Counted from the stretch's first letter, positions 1 to 10,701 are shown. The stretch: DNA of 64,000 nt from an uncultured Candidatus Saccharibacteria bacterium (GCA_964538855.1 CAZIEY010000003.1:34435-98434), one strand, 5' to 3'. Numbers and translations: made by a program. The notes: a model not told the origin generated them from the letters alone.

Positions 1-372
1 GCTATAGATTCTTTTGTCAAAAACCTTCTTGTGGGGGCCGTTGCACTCATTTTTGTTCCAGTGCTCGTTGCAGTATTGTTTGTGAGTTTAGTTGCAATGC
101 CGATCGGTTTCTTGATTTTCCTTGTTTATATTTTTATGCTCATTATTTCTCCGGCGCTTGCAAGTATCGTAATTGGTTCACTTGTGGGAAAAATGTTCGA
201 GAAGGAAGGGGAAGTCGGACATTATATTTCATTCCGCACTGTCGCAATCGGCGTGATTCTCTTCACTGTGTTGCAATTTGTTCCGTATCTTGGTGGGTTA
301 ACACGTCTTGTCTTCACACTTGTTGCAATCGGCGCTATATGTCGTTATACACAAAATGCAATCATAAAATAA
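1..372 (+). CDS. Small polytopic membrane protein, probably the C-terminal part of a gene that starts upstream of the window. The ORF-track start at 31 is a GTG, and the frame is open back to base 1.
   Basis: Hydrophobic TM-rich translation (LIFVPVLVAVLFVSLVAMPIGFLIFLVYIFML...). There is no in-frame stop between base 1 and 31. Confidence 0.4.
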   Translation, partial: AIDSFVKNLLVGAVALIFVPVLVAVLFVSLVAMPIGFLIFLVYIFMLIISPALASIVIGSLVGKMFEKEGEVGHYISFRTVAIGVILFTVLQFVPYLGGLTRLVFTLVAIGAICRYTQNAIIK

Positions 373-375
373 AAT

Positions 376-1278
376 ATGTCTCTCAGAAACCTTTTTAAGA
401 AAAAGATAAATGTTGTTACACATAATGGGGCATTTCATGCAGATGATATTTTTGCAGTGGCACTTCTCGATATAGTACACGATGGAAATATTTCTATTAC
501 ACGAACCCGCGATCAAAAAATAATCGATAAGGGTGATGTCGTGGTAGATGTTGGTATGGTATACGACGTGTCAAAACGTCGATTCGATCATCATCAAGCG
601 GAAGGGGCAGGGGATCGCGGAGACGGTATTCCGTATTCTGCGTGCGGCTTGGTCTGGAAACATTTTGGTTATCAAATTGTTCCTGATGTCGCAGCTTGGA
701 CTTTGATTGATACAGAATTGATTCTGCAAATTGATGCAAGCGATAATGCAGTGCAACTTTTTACTTCGACCAAAGTCGCGGACGATTATTGGGACTTTGA
801 TAAAATTTTTAAAACGTTTAATCCAAAGGATAGACTCTCAAAACGTGCTGATGTTGAATTTGCACGCGCTGTCATGTTTGCAAAAAAATTCCTTCGAGCA
901 TATTTTACAAAAGTTGCAGACCAAATATCTTTTTGGGGTGTCGTCGAACATGCATATACTACCGCAACTGATAAACGAATTATCGTGTTACCAGAAGGTG
1001 GCAGTTGGGTCACGCCTATCGTTGCGAAAAAAGAACCATTGTTTGTTGTATTTCAAACTCAAGATAAAAAGGGGTGGGCAGTACGCGGCGTACCACTTGA
1101 CAAGGCATCTTTTGAAGTAAGAAAGACCCTCCCAGAAAGCTGGCGAGGTAAAAAAGACATTGACTTTGTTAGTGTTTCCGGTGTTGCTACCGCAAAGTTC
1201 TGTCATCGAACCGGTTATATGGCTATTACGGAAACTTTTGAAGATGCGATGCAATTAGTGAATAAGGCGTTGCAATAA
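376..1278 (+). CDS. MYG1/UPF0160-family metal-dependent hydrolase
   Basis: N-terminal 'VTHNGAFHADDIFAVALL' matches the MYG1/UPF0160 'THxGxFHADE' signature. Length is ~300 aa. Confidence 0.7.
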   Translation: MSLRNLFKKKINVVTHNGAFHADDIFAVALLDIVHDGNISITRTRDQKIIDKGDVVVDVGMVYDVSKRRFDHHQAEGAGDRGDGIPYSACGLVWKHFGYQIVPDVAAWTLIDTELILQIDASDNAVQLFTSTKVADDYWDFDKIFKTFNPKDRLSKRADVEFARAVMFAKKFLRAYFTKVADQISFWGVVEHAYTTATDKRIIVLPEGGSWVTPIVAKKEPLFVVFQTQDKKGWAVRGVPLDKASFEVRKTLPESWRGKKDIDFVSVSGVATAKFCHRTGYMAITETFEDAMQLVNKALQ

Positions 1279-1413
1279 AAGGCTATACTGTGGACAAATA
1301 CCCCTTTGTTTTCAAACGAGGTCTATAATTGTAGGTACGAGCTTTTAAAAGAGTCTCGTTCAATATTGAATGAATTTATTGAAAGTTTAGTAATAATTAA
1401 ATTAAATCGAATC

Positions 1414-1917
1414 ATGAAAAAGTTAACAAAAGGTTTTACGTTGATTGAATTGCTCGTGGTTATCGCAATCATCGGTATTCTTTCATCAGTTGTGCTCGCT
1501 TCATTGAACACAGCTCGATCAAAGGGAACAGATGCTGCTATTAAAGCAAACATGAATGGTATCCGAGCTCAAGCAGAATTGGTGTACGATGATCAGAAGT
1601 GTTACGGAGACGGAGCCGGTGCTTGTGCTACTGCTGCAGTTGCTCCTGGTGCCTGTACAACTACTGCCGATACAATCTTCGCACAAACTAATATTGCCGC
1701 TCAAATTCTTGCCGCTAAGAACGCTGGAACTACTTTGAACGCTTGTTCATCTCCTGCTAATCAAACTGCATGGGCAGTTGTGACTCAGTTGAAGAATGAT
1801 CCTTTGAAGGGATTCTGTGTTGATAGTACTGGTAAAGCAAAAGAAGTTACAATGGCTGGATCAGCTCAAGCTGACGTTACTGCTGAAATCAACGCTTCAG
1901 GTGCTTGTGTAGATTAA
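1414..1917 (+). CDS. Type IV major pilin-like protein (prepilin N-terminal cleavage/methylation domain)
   Basis: MKKLTKG|FTLIELLVVIAIIGIL gives the classic leader-G/F+1/E+5 class III signal. The C-terminal region has 6 Cys. A strong terminator follows. The ATG at 1414 was chosen over the longer ORF-track start. Confidence 0.8.
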   Translation: MKKLTKGFTLIELLVVIAIIGILSSVVLASLNTARSKGTDAAIKANMNGIRAQAELVYDDQKCYGDGAGACATAAVAPGACTTTADTIFAQTNIAAQILAAKNAGTTLNACSSPANQTAWAVVTQLKNDPLKGFCVDSTGKAKEVTMAGSAQADVTAEINASGACVD

Positions 1918-1947
1918 TCTAAATTTACATTTGGGTATAGTCTAAAA

Positions 1948-1976
1948 ACACCACCCAAACTGGGTGGTGTTTTGTT
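1948..1976 (+). terminator. Rho-independent terminator after the pilin gene
   Basis: Perfect 9-bp stem acaccaccc/gggtggtgt with a 5-nt loop, followed by TTTGTT. Confidence 0.7.
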
Positions 1977-1988
1977 ATAATAGATCCA

Positions 1989-2804
1989 ATGGAAATATTT
2001 GGCGAAATATTCGTTTTGATATTCGGTGCCATCATTGGCAGTTTTTTGAACGTTGTGATTTTGCGTTACGGAACAGGGCGCAGTGTCGGTGGGCGGTCTG
2101 GGTGTATGTCATGCGGATATAAATTACGATGGTATGATATGGTGCCGATTTTTTCGTGGCTTGCCATTCGTGGAAAATGTCGTCGATGTAAGTCAAAAAT
2201 TTCAAAGCAATATCCACTTGTAGAATTAGGAACCGCAATTGTCTTCGGACTCATTGCACGGCAAGTTTTGTTGACTGGCGTCGATGTACAGATAGGTGCC
2301 TTGATGTTTGTCTGGTATGCAATTATCGCAGCACTTCTTATTGTTATTTTTGTGTACGACATGCGTCACAAAATCATTCCGGATGGGCTATCATACACAT
2401 TCACGCTCATGGCATTCACGCAGACATTGTATCTATTACCACCGCATTTTTGGCAAGTTCCATCGGCATGGCTCAATTTGTTTTCTGGTCTCATTATTGC
2501 CGCGCCATTTTTTCTAATTTGGTATTTCTCGAACGGCCGGTTAATGGGTTTTGGCGACATTAAATTAATGCTCGGTATTGGCTGGTTTTTCGGTCTTATA
2601 AATGGGATTTTCGCTGTCATGCTCGCGTTTTGGATTGGTGCGGTGTGTGGGCTTGGACTTATGCTCATGAGTCGTTTGAATAAACGAACTTCACGTATTA
2701 CAATGAAACAAGAAATTCCTTTCGCCCCTTTTCTCATCCTCGGAATTTTGATTCAATTTTTCTGGCCATGTAATCTGTTTATGCTTGGCACCTTCTTTAT
2801 ATAA
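1989..2804 (+). CDS. pilD: Type IV prepilin peptidase (A24 family, PilD-like)
   Basis: N-terminal Zn-binding tetracysteine (CMSCGYKLRWYDMVPIFSWLAIRGKCRRCKS) and polytopic membrane body typical of PilD/GspO. Confidence 0.8.
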   Translation: MEIFGEIFVLIFGAIIGSFLNVVILRYGTGRSVGGRSGCMSCGYKLRWYDMVPIFSWLAIRGKCRRCKSKISKQYPLVELGTAIVFGLIARQVLLTGVDVQIGALMFVWYAIIAALLIVIFVYDMRHKIIPDGLSYTFTLMAFTQTLYLLPPHFWQVPSAWLNLFSGLIIAAPFFLIWYFSNGRLMGFGDIKLMLGIGWFFGLINGIFAVMLAFWIGAVCGLGLMLMSRLNKRTSRITMKQEIPFAPFLILGILIQFFWPCNLFMLGTFFI

Positions 2805-3469
2805 TGAAAAAAATCGCATCACAATTTAAAAAAGGTTTCACCATTCTCGAGATGCTTATGGTGCTTGCGATTTTCGGTATCTTGACCGCAGTCATTGTGT
2901 TTAATTACGGGGAATTCAATAGCAAGACTATTATGACCAATATGGCATACGAAGCAGCGCTTTCGATTCGGCAGGCGCAGGTATACAGTTTGTCGGTGCG
3001 AGGTGATGTCGGTGTTCCAAATTTCGATAATCATTACGGTATTTATGTGAATCCAACTATCGATAATAAATCTTTTGCTTTCTTTATTGATCGTGTAGAG
3101 AATGGTGTAACGGATGGAGCTTGTAATGCGGACGGTACTTGTCTGTCGTGTAGCGCTACAGACAGTGAGTGTCTAGAAAAAATATCCCTTACTCGTGATG
3201 TGGTGGTATCACGCATTTGCCTAAGTTTTGATCCGCAATCTATTGTAGATCGTGATACAGGACTTTGTAGTGAGGATGAGGTCGGTGAATTAACTTTGAC
3301 TTTTGAGCGTCCTAATCCAGACGCAGTCGTCAGAACAGGTTCAGATATTGTACCAGGCGCTAATGTCGCAATTGTTTTGAAAACAAGCTACGGTAATCAG
3401 CGTGCTATTATTGTAAAATCAACTGGTTTAATTTCAGTAGAGTCAATCGGAAATGAATCATCAATATGA
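2804..3469 (+). CDS. Minor (pseudo)pilin with prepilin N-terminal domain
   Basis: MKKIASQFKKG|FTILEMLMVLAIFGIL. A 1-nt TAATG overlap with pilD indicates an operon. Confidence 0.7.
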   Translation: MKKIASQFKKGFTILEMLMVLAIFGILTAVIVFNYGEFNSKTIMTNMAYEAALSIRQAQVYSLSVRGDVGVPNFDNHYGIYVNPTIDNKSFAFFIDRVENGVTDGACNADGTCLSCSATDSECLEKISLTRDVVVSRICLSFDPQSIVDRDTGLCSEDEVGELTLTFERPNPDAVVRTGSDIVPGANVAIVLKTSYGNQRAIIVKSTGLISVESIGNESSI

Positions 3470-4002
3470 TAAAAACCACTCCACAGAAAAATAGCGGCTT
3501 TACTTTGATCGAAATGTTGGTCGCGGTTGCATTATTTTCTATTGTGTTGATTATTGCTATGGGTTCGATTATTACAATTGTTGATGTGAATAGAAAATCA
3601 CAATCACTTACAACAGTAATGAACGATTTGAATTTTTCTTTGGAAAATATGACGCGTACCATCAAGACGGGTGTATTGCAAGAACCATCGTCTTCGGATG
3701 GACGCGATTGGAATTCCATCACAGTGATGAATCAGGACGATGAAAGAATAGTCTTTTCATTTGACCAGGGTAAAGGTGCTATTATGCGCCAAAAAGATGG
3801 GGAAGATGCGTTTCCGTTCACATCTGAACAAATACATATCGATAATTTACGCTTCAGAGTATTTTCAGATGATAGTAACTTACAGCCACGCATCTTAATC
3901 ATGCTCGAGGGTACTGCATCTACCAGTCCTTCTATTAGTTCAAATTTCATTATTCAAACGAGTGTGTCACAGCGTGATTTGAGAACTGACAGATTCAAAT
4001 AA
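3466..4002 (+). CDS. Minor (pseudo)pilin with prepilin N-terminal domain
   Basis: MIKTTPQKNSG|FTLIEMLVAVALFSIVL. ATGA overlap with the previous gene. Confidence 0.7.
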   Translation: MIKTTPQKNSGFTLIEMLVAVALFSIVLIIAMGSIITIVDVNRKSQSLTTVMNDLNFSLENMTRTIKTGVLQEPSSSDGRDWNSITVMNQDDERIVFSFDQGKGAIMRQKDGEDAFPFTSEQIHIDNLRFRVFSDDSNLQPRILIMLEGTASTSPSISSNFIIQTSVSQRDLRTDRFK

Positions 4003-4003
4003 C

Positions 4004-4612
4004 ATGAAAACAATTTTGAGACAAAAAAATAAAGGCTTCACGATTATAGAGACATTGGTGGCTATTTCGCTTTTATTACTCGCCATCACTGGTCCTATGG
4101 TATTTGCTCAAACTGGTTTGCGTGCAGCATTTCAATCTCGTGATCAAATTACTGCATTTTATTTGGCTCATGACGCCATTGAATTTATTAAAAACCGCCG
4201 AGATCATTTGATTTTGGAAAAAGATTCCGAAAGTTGGTTGGATGCTTTTGTTGGATGTGAATCCGAATCGAATAGTAGAGAAGGTGGGTGTACGTTGGAT
4301 ACTACCACTGCGATGGGTGAAGTTGCCGAATGTAATTTTAGCGGAACCTTGGCGATAGGTTGTTTGGGTGAAAATCCAAATGGTCAAGAAGATAGTCATT
4401 TAAAAATAAATGCTAATGATGGCGGAGTGATCGGTTTTGATGGTTCTGTTAATTCCATTTTTTCTCGTACCGTGTATGTTGATGAGGGGGCCGATCCTCA
4501 AGAGGCACGCGTAACCGTGATTGTTCGATGGAGAAGCCATGAAAATTTAGGTGTGCGCGAAATTCAAGTTGTAGAGTATGCACGCAACTGGGCAAAGGCG
4601 CTTAAAATATAA
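4004..4612 (+). CDS. Minor (pseudo)pilin with prepilin N-terminal domain
   Basis: MKTILRQKNKG|FTIIETLVAISLLLLAI. Confidence 0.7.
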   Translation: MKTILRQKNKGFTIIETLVAISLLLLAITGPMVFAQTGLRAAFQSRDQITAFYLAHDAIEFIKNRRDHLILEKDSESWLDAFVGCESESNSREGGCTLDTTTAMGEVAECNFSGTLAIGCLGENPNGQEDSHLKINANDGGVIGFDGSVNSIFSRTVYVDEGADPQEARVTVIVRWRSHENLGVREIQVVEYARNWAKALKI

Positions 4613-4613
4613 T

Positions 4614-5171
4614 ATGAAAAAGATATTATCTACAAAAGAAGAAAAAGGGTTCACGCTGTTATTTGCGGTGATTGTTTCAACACTCGTTCTTGCAGTCGGC
4701 GGTTCGATTATCAATATTGCCTTGAAGCAAGTCGTTTTGTCGGGTATTGGTCGTGAATCGCAATATGCTTTTTATGCAGCAAGCACCGGAATAGAATGCG
4801 CGTATTATTGGGACATTGCTGGAGTTAATGGCGCAAGTGCTTTTGCGACAAGTACTGGATTTAACGAAGACTCGTTGGATGCAAAATGTGCGGGCACTGA
4901 TGATATTTACGACAAAACTGCAGTGGATCTGGGTGGAGCAGGATTTAATGTTGACAATATTTTAAACCCTGTAGTTACATCATATTTTAGACTCAATAAA
5001 TTTACAGACATAGAGGGAAAAGAGTTGGATTATTGTGCAGATGTTCGGGTTATGAAAAACATTGCACCGTCTGGTCAAGTTGCTTCAACCACTATCGAAT
5101 CTCGAGGGTATAATACATGTGATGTGAATAATCCGCGCCGTATTGAAAGAGGTTTGGAAATGCACTACTAA
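4614..5171 (+). CDS. Minor pseudopilin lacking Glu+5 (GspK/PilX-like)
   Basis: MKKILSTKEEKG|FTLLFAVIVS has a prepilin signal but F at +5 instead of E, as in GspK-type pseudopilins. Start chosen at the ATG at 4614. Confidence 0.6.
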   Translation: MKKILSTKEEKGFTLLFAVIVSTLVLAVGGSIINIALKQVVLSGIGRESQYAFYAASTGIECAYYWDIAGVNGASAFATSTGFNEDSLDAKCAGTDDIYDKTAVDLGGAGFNVDNILNPVVTSYFRLNKFTDIEGKELDYCADVRVMKNIAPSGQVASTTIESRGYNTCDVNNPRRIERGLEMHY

Positions 5172-5176
5172 TTTGA

Positions 5177-7204
<2,028 letters not shown>

Positions 7205-7233
7205 TTGCCTTGTGATATAGTAATTTCATATTT

Positions 7234-7518
7234 ATGAATGAAGCTGGAGTTAAAAAATTAGCGCAACTTTCTCGTCTTGAATTAACCGATGCCGAGATTG
7301 CAAAATATACCGGAGAGATTTCCGATATTTTGGCTTATTTTGATTCATTAAAATCTGCTTCTGGCGCCGCGACTGATTTACATATTGAAAACTCATCGAA
7401 TCGTAATGTTATGCGACCAGATGAAGTGCCGCACAATTCAGAAAGTCATACCGAAATTCTCCTAGCTTCTGCACCGGAACACTCTGGAGGTTATGTTAAA
7501 GTAAAGAAAATTTTATGA
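7234..7518 (+). CDS. gatC: Asp/Glu-tRNA amidotransferase subunit C
   Basis: 94 aa. 'LAQLSRLELTDAEIAKYTGEISDILAYFDSL' is typical of GatC. It overlaps gatA by ATGA. Confidence 0.8.
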   Translation: MNEAGVKKLAQLSRLELTDAEIAKYTGEISDILAYFDSLKSASGAATDLHIENSSNRNVMRPDEVPHNSESHTEILLASAPEHSGGYVKVKKIL

Positions 7519-8936
7519 TTGATTTTTCCACACTGACTATTAAAAGTGCTGCGCAAGGTTTGAAAAAAGGCGAATTCAAGGTAGCTGATGTAGTGAACTT
7601 TTACGTGAAAAATTTGAAGGCGAAAAATCCCGAAATGAATGCGGTGCTCGAGATATTTTCCGATATTGATGAACAGGTTTCTGTTGCGCAGAAAAAACTT
7701 GATAGTGGCACTGGAACAGATTTGACAGGGATCCCTGTTGTTATCAAAGATAATATCGTGGTCAAAGGTCGCATCGCGAGCGCGTCTTCAAAAGTTCTTG
7801 AAAATTATGTTTCGACGTATACTGCAACAGCTGCGCAAAAAATGATTGATCAAGGCGCTGTTATTATCGGTCGAGCCAACATGGACGAGTTTGCTATGGG
7901 TGGATCAACAGAAAATTCGGCGTTTGGTCCGACTAAAAATCCACTTGATGTAACTCGTGTAGCCGGAGGTTCTTCGGGAGGTTCTGCGGCTGCTATAGCG
8001 ATGGGTGGTGCTCTTTTTGCACTTGGGTCAGACACGGGCGGTTCTATTCGCCAACCTGCGAGCTTTTGTGGTGTTGTTGGCCTTAAACCAACGTATGGAA
8101 GTGTCTCACGACATGGTTTAATGGCGATGTCGAGCTCACTTGACGTAATTGGTCCAATTACTAAAAATGTTGAGGACGCCGAAATAGTTTTCAATGCGAT
8201 TGCGGGGAAAGATGAAAAAGATTCTACCACAGTCGAAATTGGTAAAGATATTATTACTTCAAAACCTGTTAAAAAAATCGGCGTGCCAATGTCGTATCTC
8301 AAAAAGGGAATTGATGCTGATGTTTTGGAACAATTTCAAAACTCTTTGAAGAAGTTAGAAACGAACGGCTATGAAATCGTTAATATTGATTTACCGAATC
8401 TGGATCATTCTCTCGCGGTGTATTACATCTTGATGCCTGCTGAGGTTTCATCAAATATGGCTCGTTTCGATGGTATTAGGTTTGGTGGCCGCGTAGAGGG
8501 CGACAACTTAATTCAAGGATATTTTAAAACTCGAGGAACTTTGATTGGACGTGAAGTAAAACGCCGTATCATGCTCGGTGCGTATGTTTTATCTGCTGGG
8601 TACGCAGATCAGTATTATCGAAAAGGCTGGCAAGTTCGCAATATGATCTCTGCTGAAATCAAAAAAGCTTTTGAACAAGTTGACGTGATTGCTATTCCGA
8701 CTTCTCCAGTACCAGCATTTAAAATTGGAGAAAAATCAGCAGATCCAATGGCGATGTATTTGGCAGATATTTTTACTATTTTTGCAAACCTTGTCGGAGT
8801 GCCTGCGATTTCGATTCCTGACGGCACAGTTGAACGCGATGGCTCGATACTTCCAACTGGCCTACAATTAATTGCTCCACACCTAGGCGAACAACGTCTC
8901 TTTGAAATTGGACGAAAATTTGAGACAATTAGGTAG
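7515..8936 (+). CDS. gatA: Asp/Glu-tRNA amidotransferase subunit A (amidase)
   Basis: Amidase signature GGSSGGSAAAIA and Ser-cisSer-Lys context. 473 aa. Confidence 0.9.
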   Translation: MIDFSTLTIKSAAQGLKKGEFKVADVVNFYVKNLKAKNPEMNAVLEIFSDIDEQVSVAQKKLDSGTGTDLTGIPVVIKDNIVVKGRIASASSKVLENYVSTYTATAAQKMIDQGAVIIGRANMDEFAMGGSTENSAFGPTKNPLDVTRVAGGSSGGSAAAIAMGGALFALGSDTGGSIRQPASFCGVVGLKPTYGSVSRHGLMAMSSSLDVIGPITKNVEDAEIVFNAIAGKDEKDSTTVEIGKDIITSKPVKKIGVPMSYLKKGIDADVLEQFQNSLKKLETNGYEIVNIDLPNLDHSLAVYYILMPAEVSSNMARFDGIRFGGRVEGDNLIQGYFKTRGTLIGREVKRRIMLGAYVLSAGYADQYYRKGWQVRNMISAEIKKAFEQVDVIAIPTSPVPAFKIGEKSADPMAMYLADIFTIFANLVGVPAISIPDGTVERDGSILPTGLQLIAPHLGEQRLFEIGRKFETIR

Positions 8937-8938
8937 AA

Positions 8939-9901
8939 ATGGCAGATAAGAAAGAAAAATCTTCAGGTGGAGGTTCAAGTATCAACCCACAAGGTGTGAT
9001 GGGGATTGTGTTCGTTATTATGTTGCTTCTTACTGTGGTGAATAATGGCCTCAAGAGTGATAATTGGGTTGGGCGTCTATTCGGCGGAGGCGATACAGAA
9101 TATTCAGATGGTGATGTGATAATTAATAAACAAGACGTTCGAGTGCGCCAATCTGTGGGCGGGGCCATTATTGGAACTCAAGCAAAATTAGTGACCGGAA
9201 AAATTGTACAAGGTCCGATCGAACAGTTCGACAAATTGTGGTGGCGCGTCAATTATGAGGAGGCTCCTGACGGATGGGTAGAAGGAAGCCTCATTTCTAA
9301 CAAAGTAGGAACACAAAGGCTTTTTAATATCTTCCCGCTTACGTTTGGGTTTATGCGCCCTGTGTTCGTGGTGCTTTGTTTAGTTGGTTTTATTGTACTT
9401 TTCGTTATTGTATTAAAAACAAGAGCTCTTCATTATATGATTGCAAAAAAACAGGCCCAAGAAGAGGAGCAAAAATTGTTAAAGCAAGGGAATATGCCAA
9501 GGCCAGATATACGACCAGCTGATGAAACTGTGCCCGATTTGCCTGTGCCGAATTTGCCAGTCGGAGAGAGTCCTAAGACCGAAGATGTACATAATAAACG
9601 CTGGGCGAATATTCAGGGTCTTATTCGTTCGTACAATGCCAACGATTGGAAGCAGGCGGTGATTGAGGCAGATATTATATTGGATGAAATGTTAGAGCGA
9701 ATGGGTTACAAAGGAAAATCAATTGGTGAAAAGTTAAAGACTGTCCAGCCTAGCGATTTTATGACTTTGGATCAGGCGTGGGAAGCTCATAAATTCAGAA
9801 ATCGAGTCGCTCACGGAAGCTCGTATGTTTTAACTAGGGATGAAGCGGAGCGTGTCATCAAAATGTACGAAGAAGTGTTCAACGAGTTTTTCTATGTGTA
9901 A
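8939..9901 (+). CDS. Bitopic membrane protein: TM - SH3b-like extracytoplasmic domain - TM - cytoplasmic HEPN-like domain carrying an Rx4H motif (KFRNRVAHG)
   Basis: Two hydrophobic segments (IVFVIMLLLTVV; VFVVLCLVGFIVLFVIVL). An SH3b-like stretch (KLVTGKIVQGPIEQFDKLWWRVNYEEAPDGWVEGSLI). A C-terminal 'AWEAHKFRNRVAHGSSYVLTRDEAERVI' resembling HEPN/Abi RNxxxH motifs. Confidence 0.55.
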   Translation: MADKKEKSSGGGSSINPQGVMGIVFVIMLLLTVVNNGLKSDNWVGRLFGGGDTEYSDGDVIINKQDVRVRQSVGGAIIGTQAKLVTGKIVQGPIEQFDKLWWRVNYEEAPDGWVEGSLISNKVGTQRLFNIFPLTFGFMRPVFVVLCLVGFIVLFVIVLKTRALHYMIAKKQAQEEEQKLLKQGNMPRPDIRPADETVPDLPVPNLPVGESPKTEDVHNKRWANIQGLIRSYNANDWKQAVIEADIILDEMLERMGYKGKSIGEKLKTVQPSDFMTLDQAWEAHKFRNRVAHGSSYVLTRDEAERVIKMYEEVFNEFFYV

Positions 9902-9960
9902 GGTGTTGATTTTTGGTCCAAATATGGTATTCTAAATATCTAGTATTTTTTGCTAGCTAT

Positions 9961-10031
9961 CGCGGGGTAGAGGAGAAGTACCTCGAGAGGCTCATAACCT
10001 CTAGACCCCGGTGCAATTCCGGGCCCCGCAA
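9961..10031 (+). tRNA. Initiator-like tRNA-Met (anticodon CAT) with non-canonical D and T loops
   Basis: Begins CGCGGGG and ends CCCCGCAA like E. coli tRNA-fMet, including the C1xA72 mismatch. Anticodon loop is CTCATAA. The D-loop (AGAAGTA) lacks G18G19. The T-loop is TGCAATT rather than TTCAAAT. No CCA is encoded. Confidence 0.5.
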
Positions 10032-10044
10032 CAACGATTCGACT

Positions 10045-10206
10045 TCATATAAAATGCAGGAGTATGTTTTGTCAGCACGCTGTATTTTTCCTTATCAGGA
10101 AAAATCAGCTCGTTCTCGGACGAATAATAAAGTTTTAGTAAACTACATTTGTTATTTCACTCGTCCTCCGAAAGTCTTCCAAAACATACTCCTGCATTTT
10201 ATATGA
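10045..10206. repeat. MITE-like element or long hairpin: 27-bp perfect terminal inverted repeats flanking 108 bp
   Basis: tcatataaaatgcaggagtatgttttg (10045-10071) is the exact reverse complement of 10180-10206. An inner hairpin tttttcc-ttatca-ggaaaaa is present. The flanks gattcgact / gatttcgtact form an imperfect direct repeat. Confidence 0.6.
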
Positions 10207-10275
10207 GATTTCGTACTGAGAGATATGGATGGGATTGCTAAATCGCCAAAAACGTATTATATTACAAGGGTTAAT

Positions 10276-10352
10276 GTCGACGTAGCTCAGAAGGTTAGAG
10301 CATAGCACTCATAAAGCTAAGGTCGGTGGTTCGATTCCACCCGTCGACACCA
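10276..10352 (+). tRNA. tRNA-Met (CAT); elongator Met or tRNA-Ile2(LAU), not distinguishable by eye
   Basis: Canonical cloverleaf: acceptor gtcgacg/cgtcgac, D-loop with GG, anticodon loop CTCATAA, T-loop GGTTCGATTCC, encoded CCA. Confidence 0.85.
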
Positions 10353-10436
10353 TTTGACTTTGATGTAGGTAGATGTTTAAATAGTTTTAGGCCAGGATGA
10401 TTTTGTAAGTGCTTCCTCAAAAGAAGGAGATTCTTT

Positions 10437-10643
10437 ATGAGAAAAGGTCCAAAACATGACCTGAGGAGGAAGGGGTCTAAGAAACCCAAACCTCAAGTCA
10501 CCGTAGAGATGGCGCTGAAAGATGAATGCGGATGGTGTAGTGATGTCGGACCGTGCATCTATTGCACCCGAGGTCTCGACTACATCTTCGCCCGTAATCT
10601 TTCTTGGGACTGGCGTCATGCGACACCAGTTTTCGGATCATGA
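10437..10643 (+). CDS. Small basic protein with a CxxC-x5-CxxC zinc-ribbon-like motif (hypothetical)
   Basis: A good SD (AAGGAG, 7 nt to the ATG). N-terminus is basic (MRKGPKHDLRRKGSKKPKPQ) and the motif is CGWCSDVGPCIYC. It sits in a locally GC-richer stretch and is followed by a weak hairpin plus T5. No RNase P, SRP or tmRNA signature motifs were seen. Confidence 0.35.
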   Translation: MRKGPKHDLRRKGSKKPKPQVTVEMALKDECGWCSDVGPCIYCTRGLDYIFARNLSWDWRHATPVFGS

Positions 10644-10673
10644 AACTCACGTTGGCGCGCGTGGGTTTTTCTA

Positions 10674-10701
10674 TTGCCTCACTTAGTAAAACGTGTATAA
10701 T
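10674..10701 (+). promoter_or_regulatory. Sigma70-like promoter upstream of tRNA-Asp
   Basis: TTGCCT, 16-bp spacer, TATAAT; 32 bp upstream of the tRNA. Confidence 0.5.

Noticed and set aside
731-1120. 129-codon ORF overlapping the MYG1-like gene in another frame
   Set aside because: It is nested in a gene with a clear family signature and has no independent evidence.
9913-10206. 97-codon ORF from the six-frame track
   Set aside because: It runs straight through the tRNA-fMet-like gene and the 27-bp inverted-repeat element. It has no SD and an odd composition, so it is almost certainly a non-coding region read in frame.
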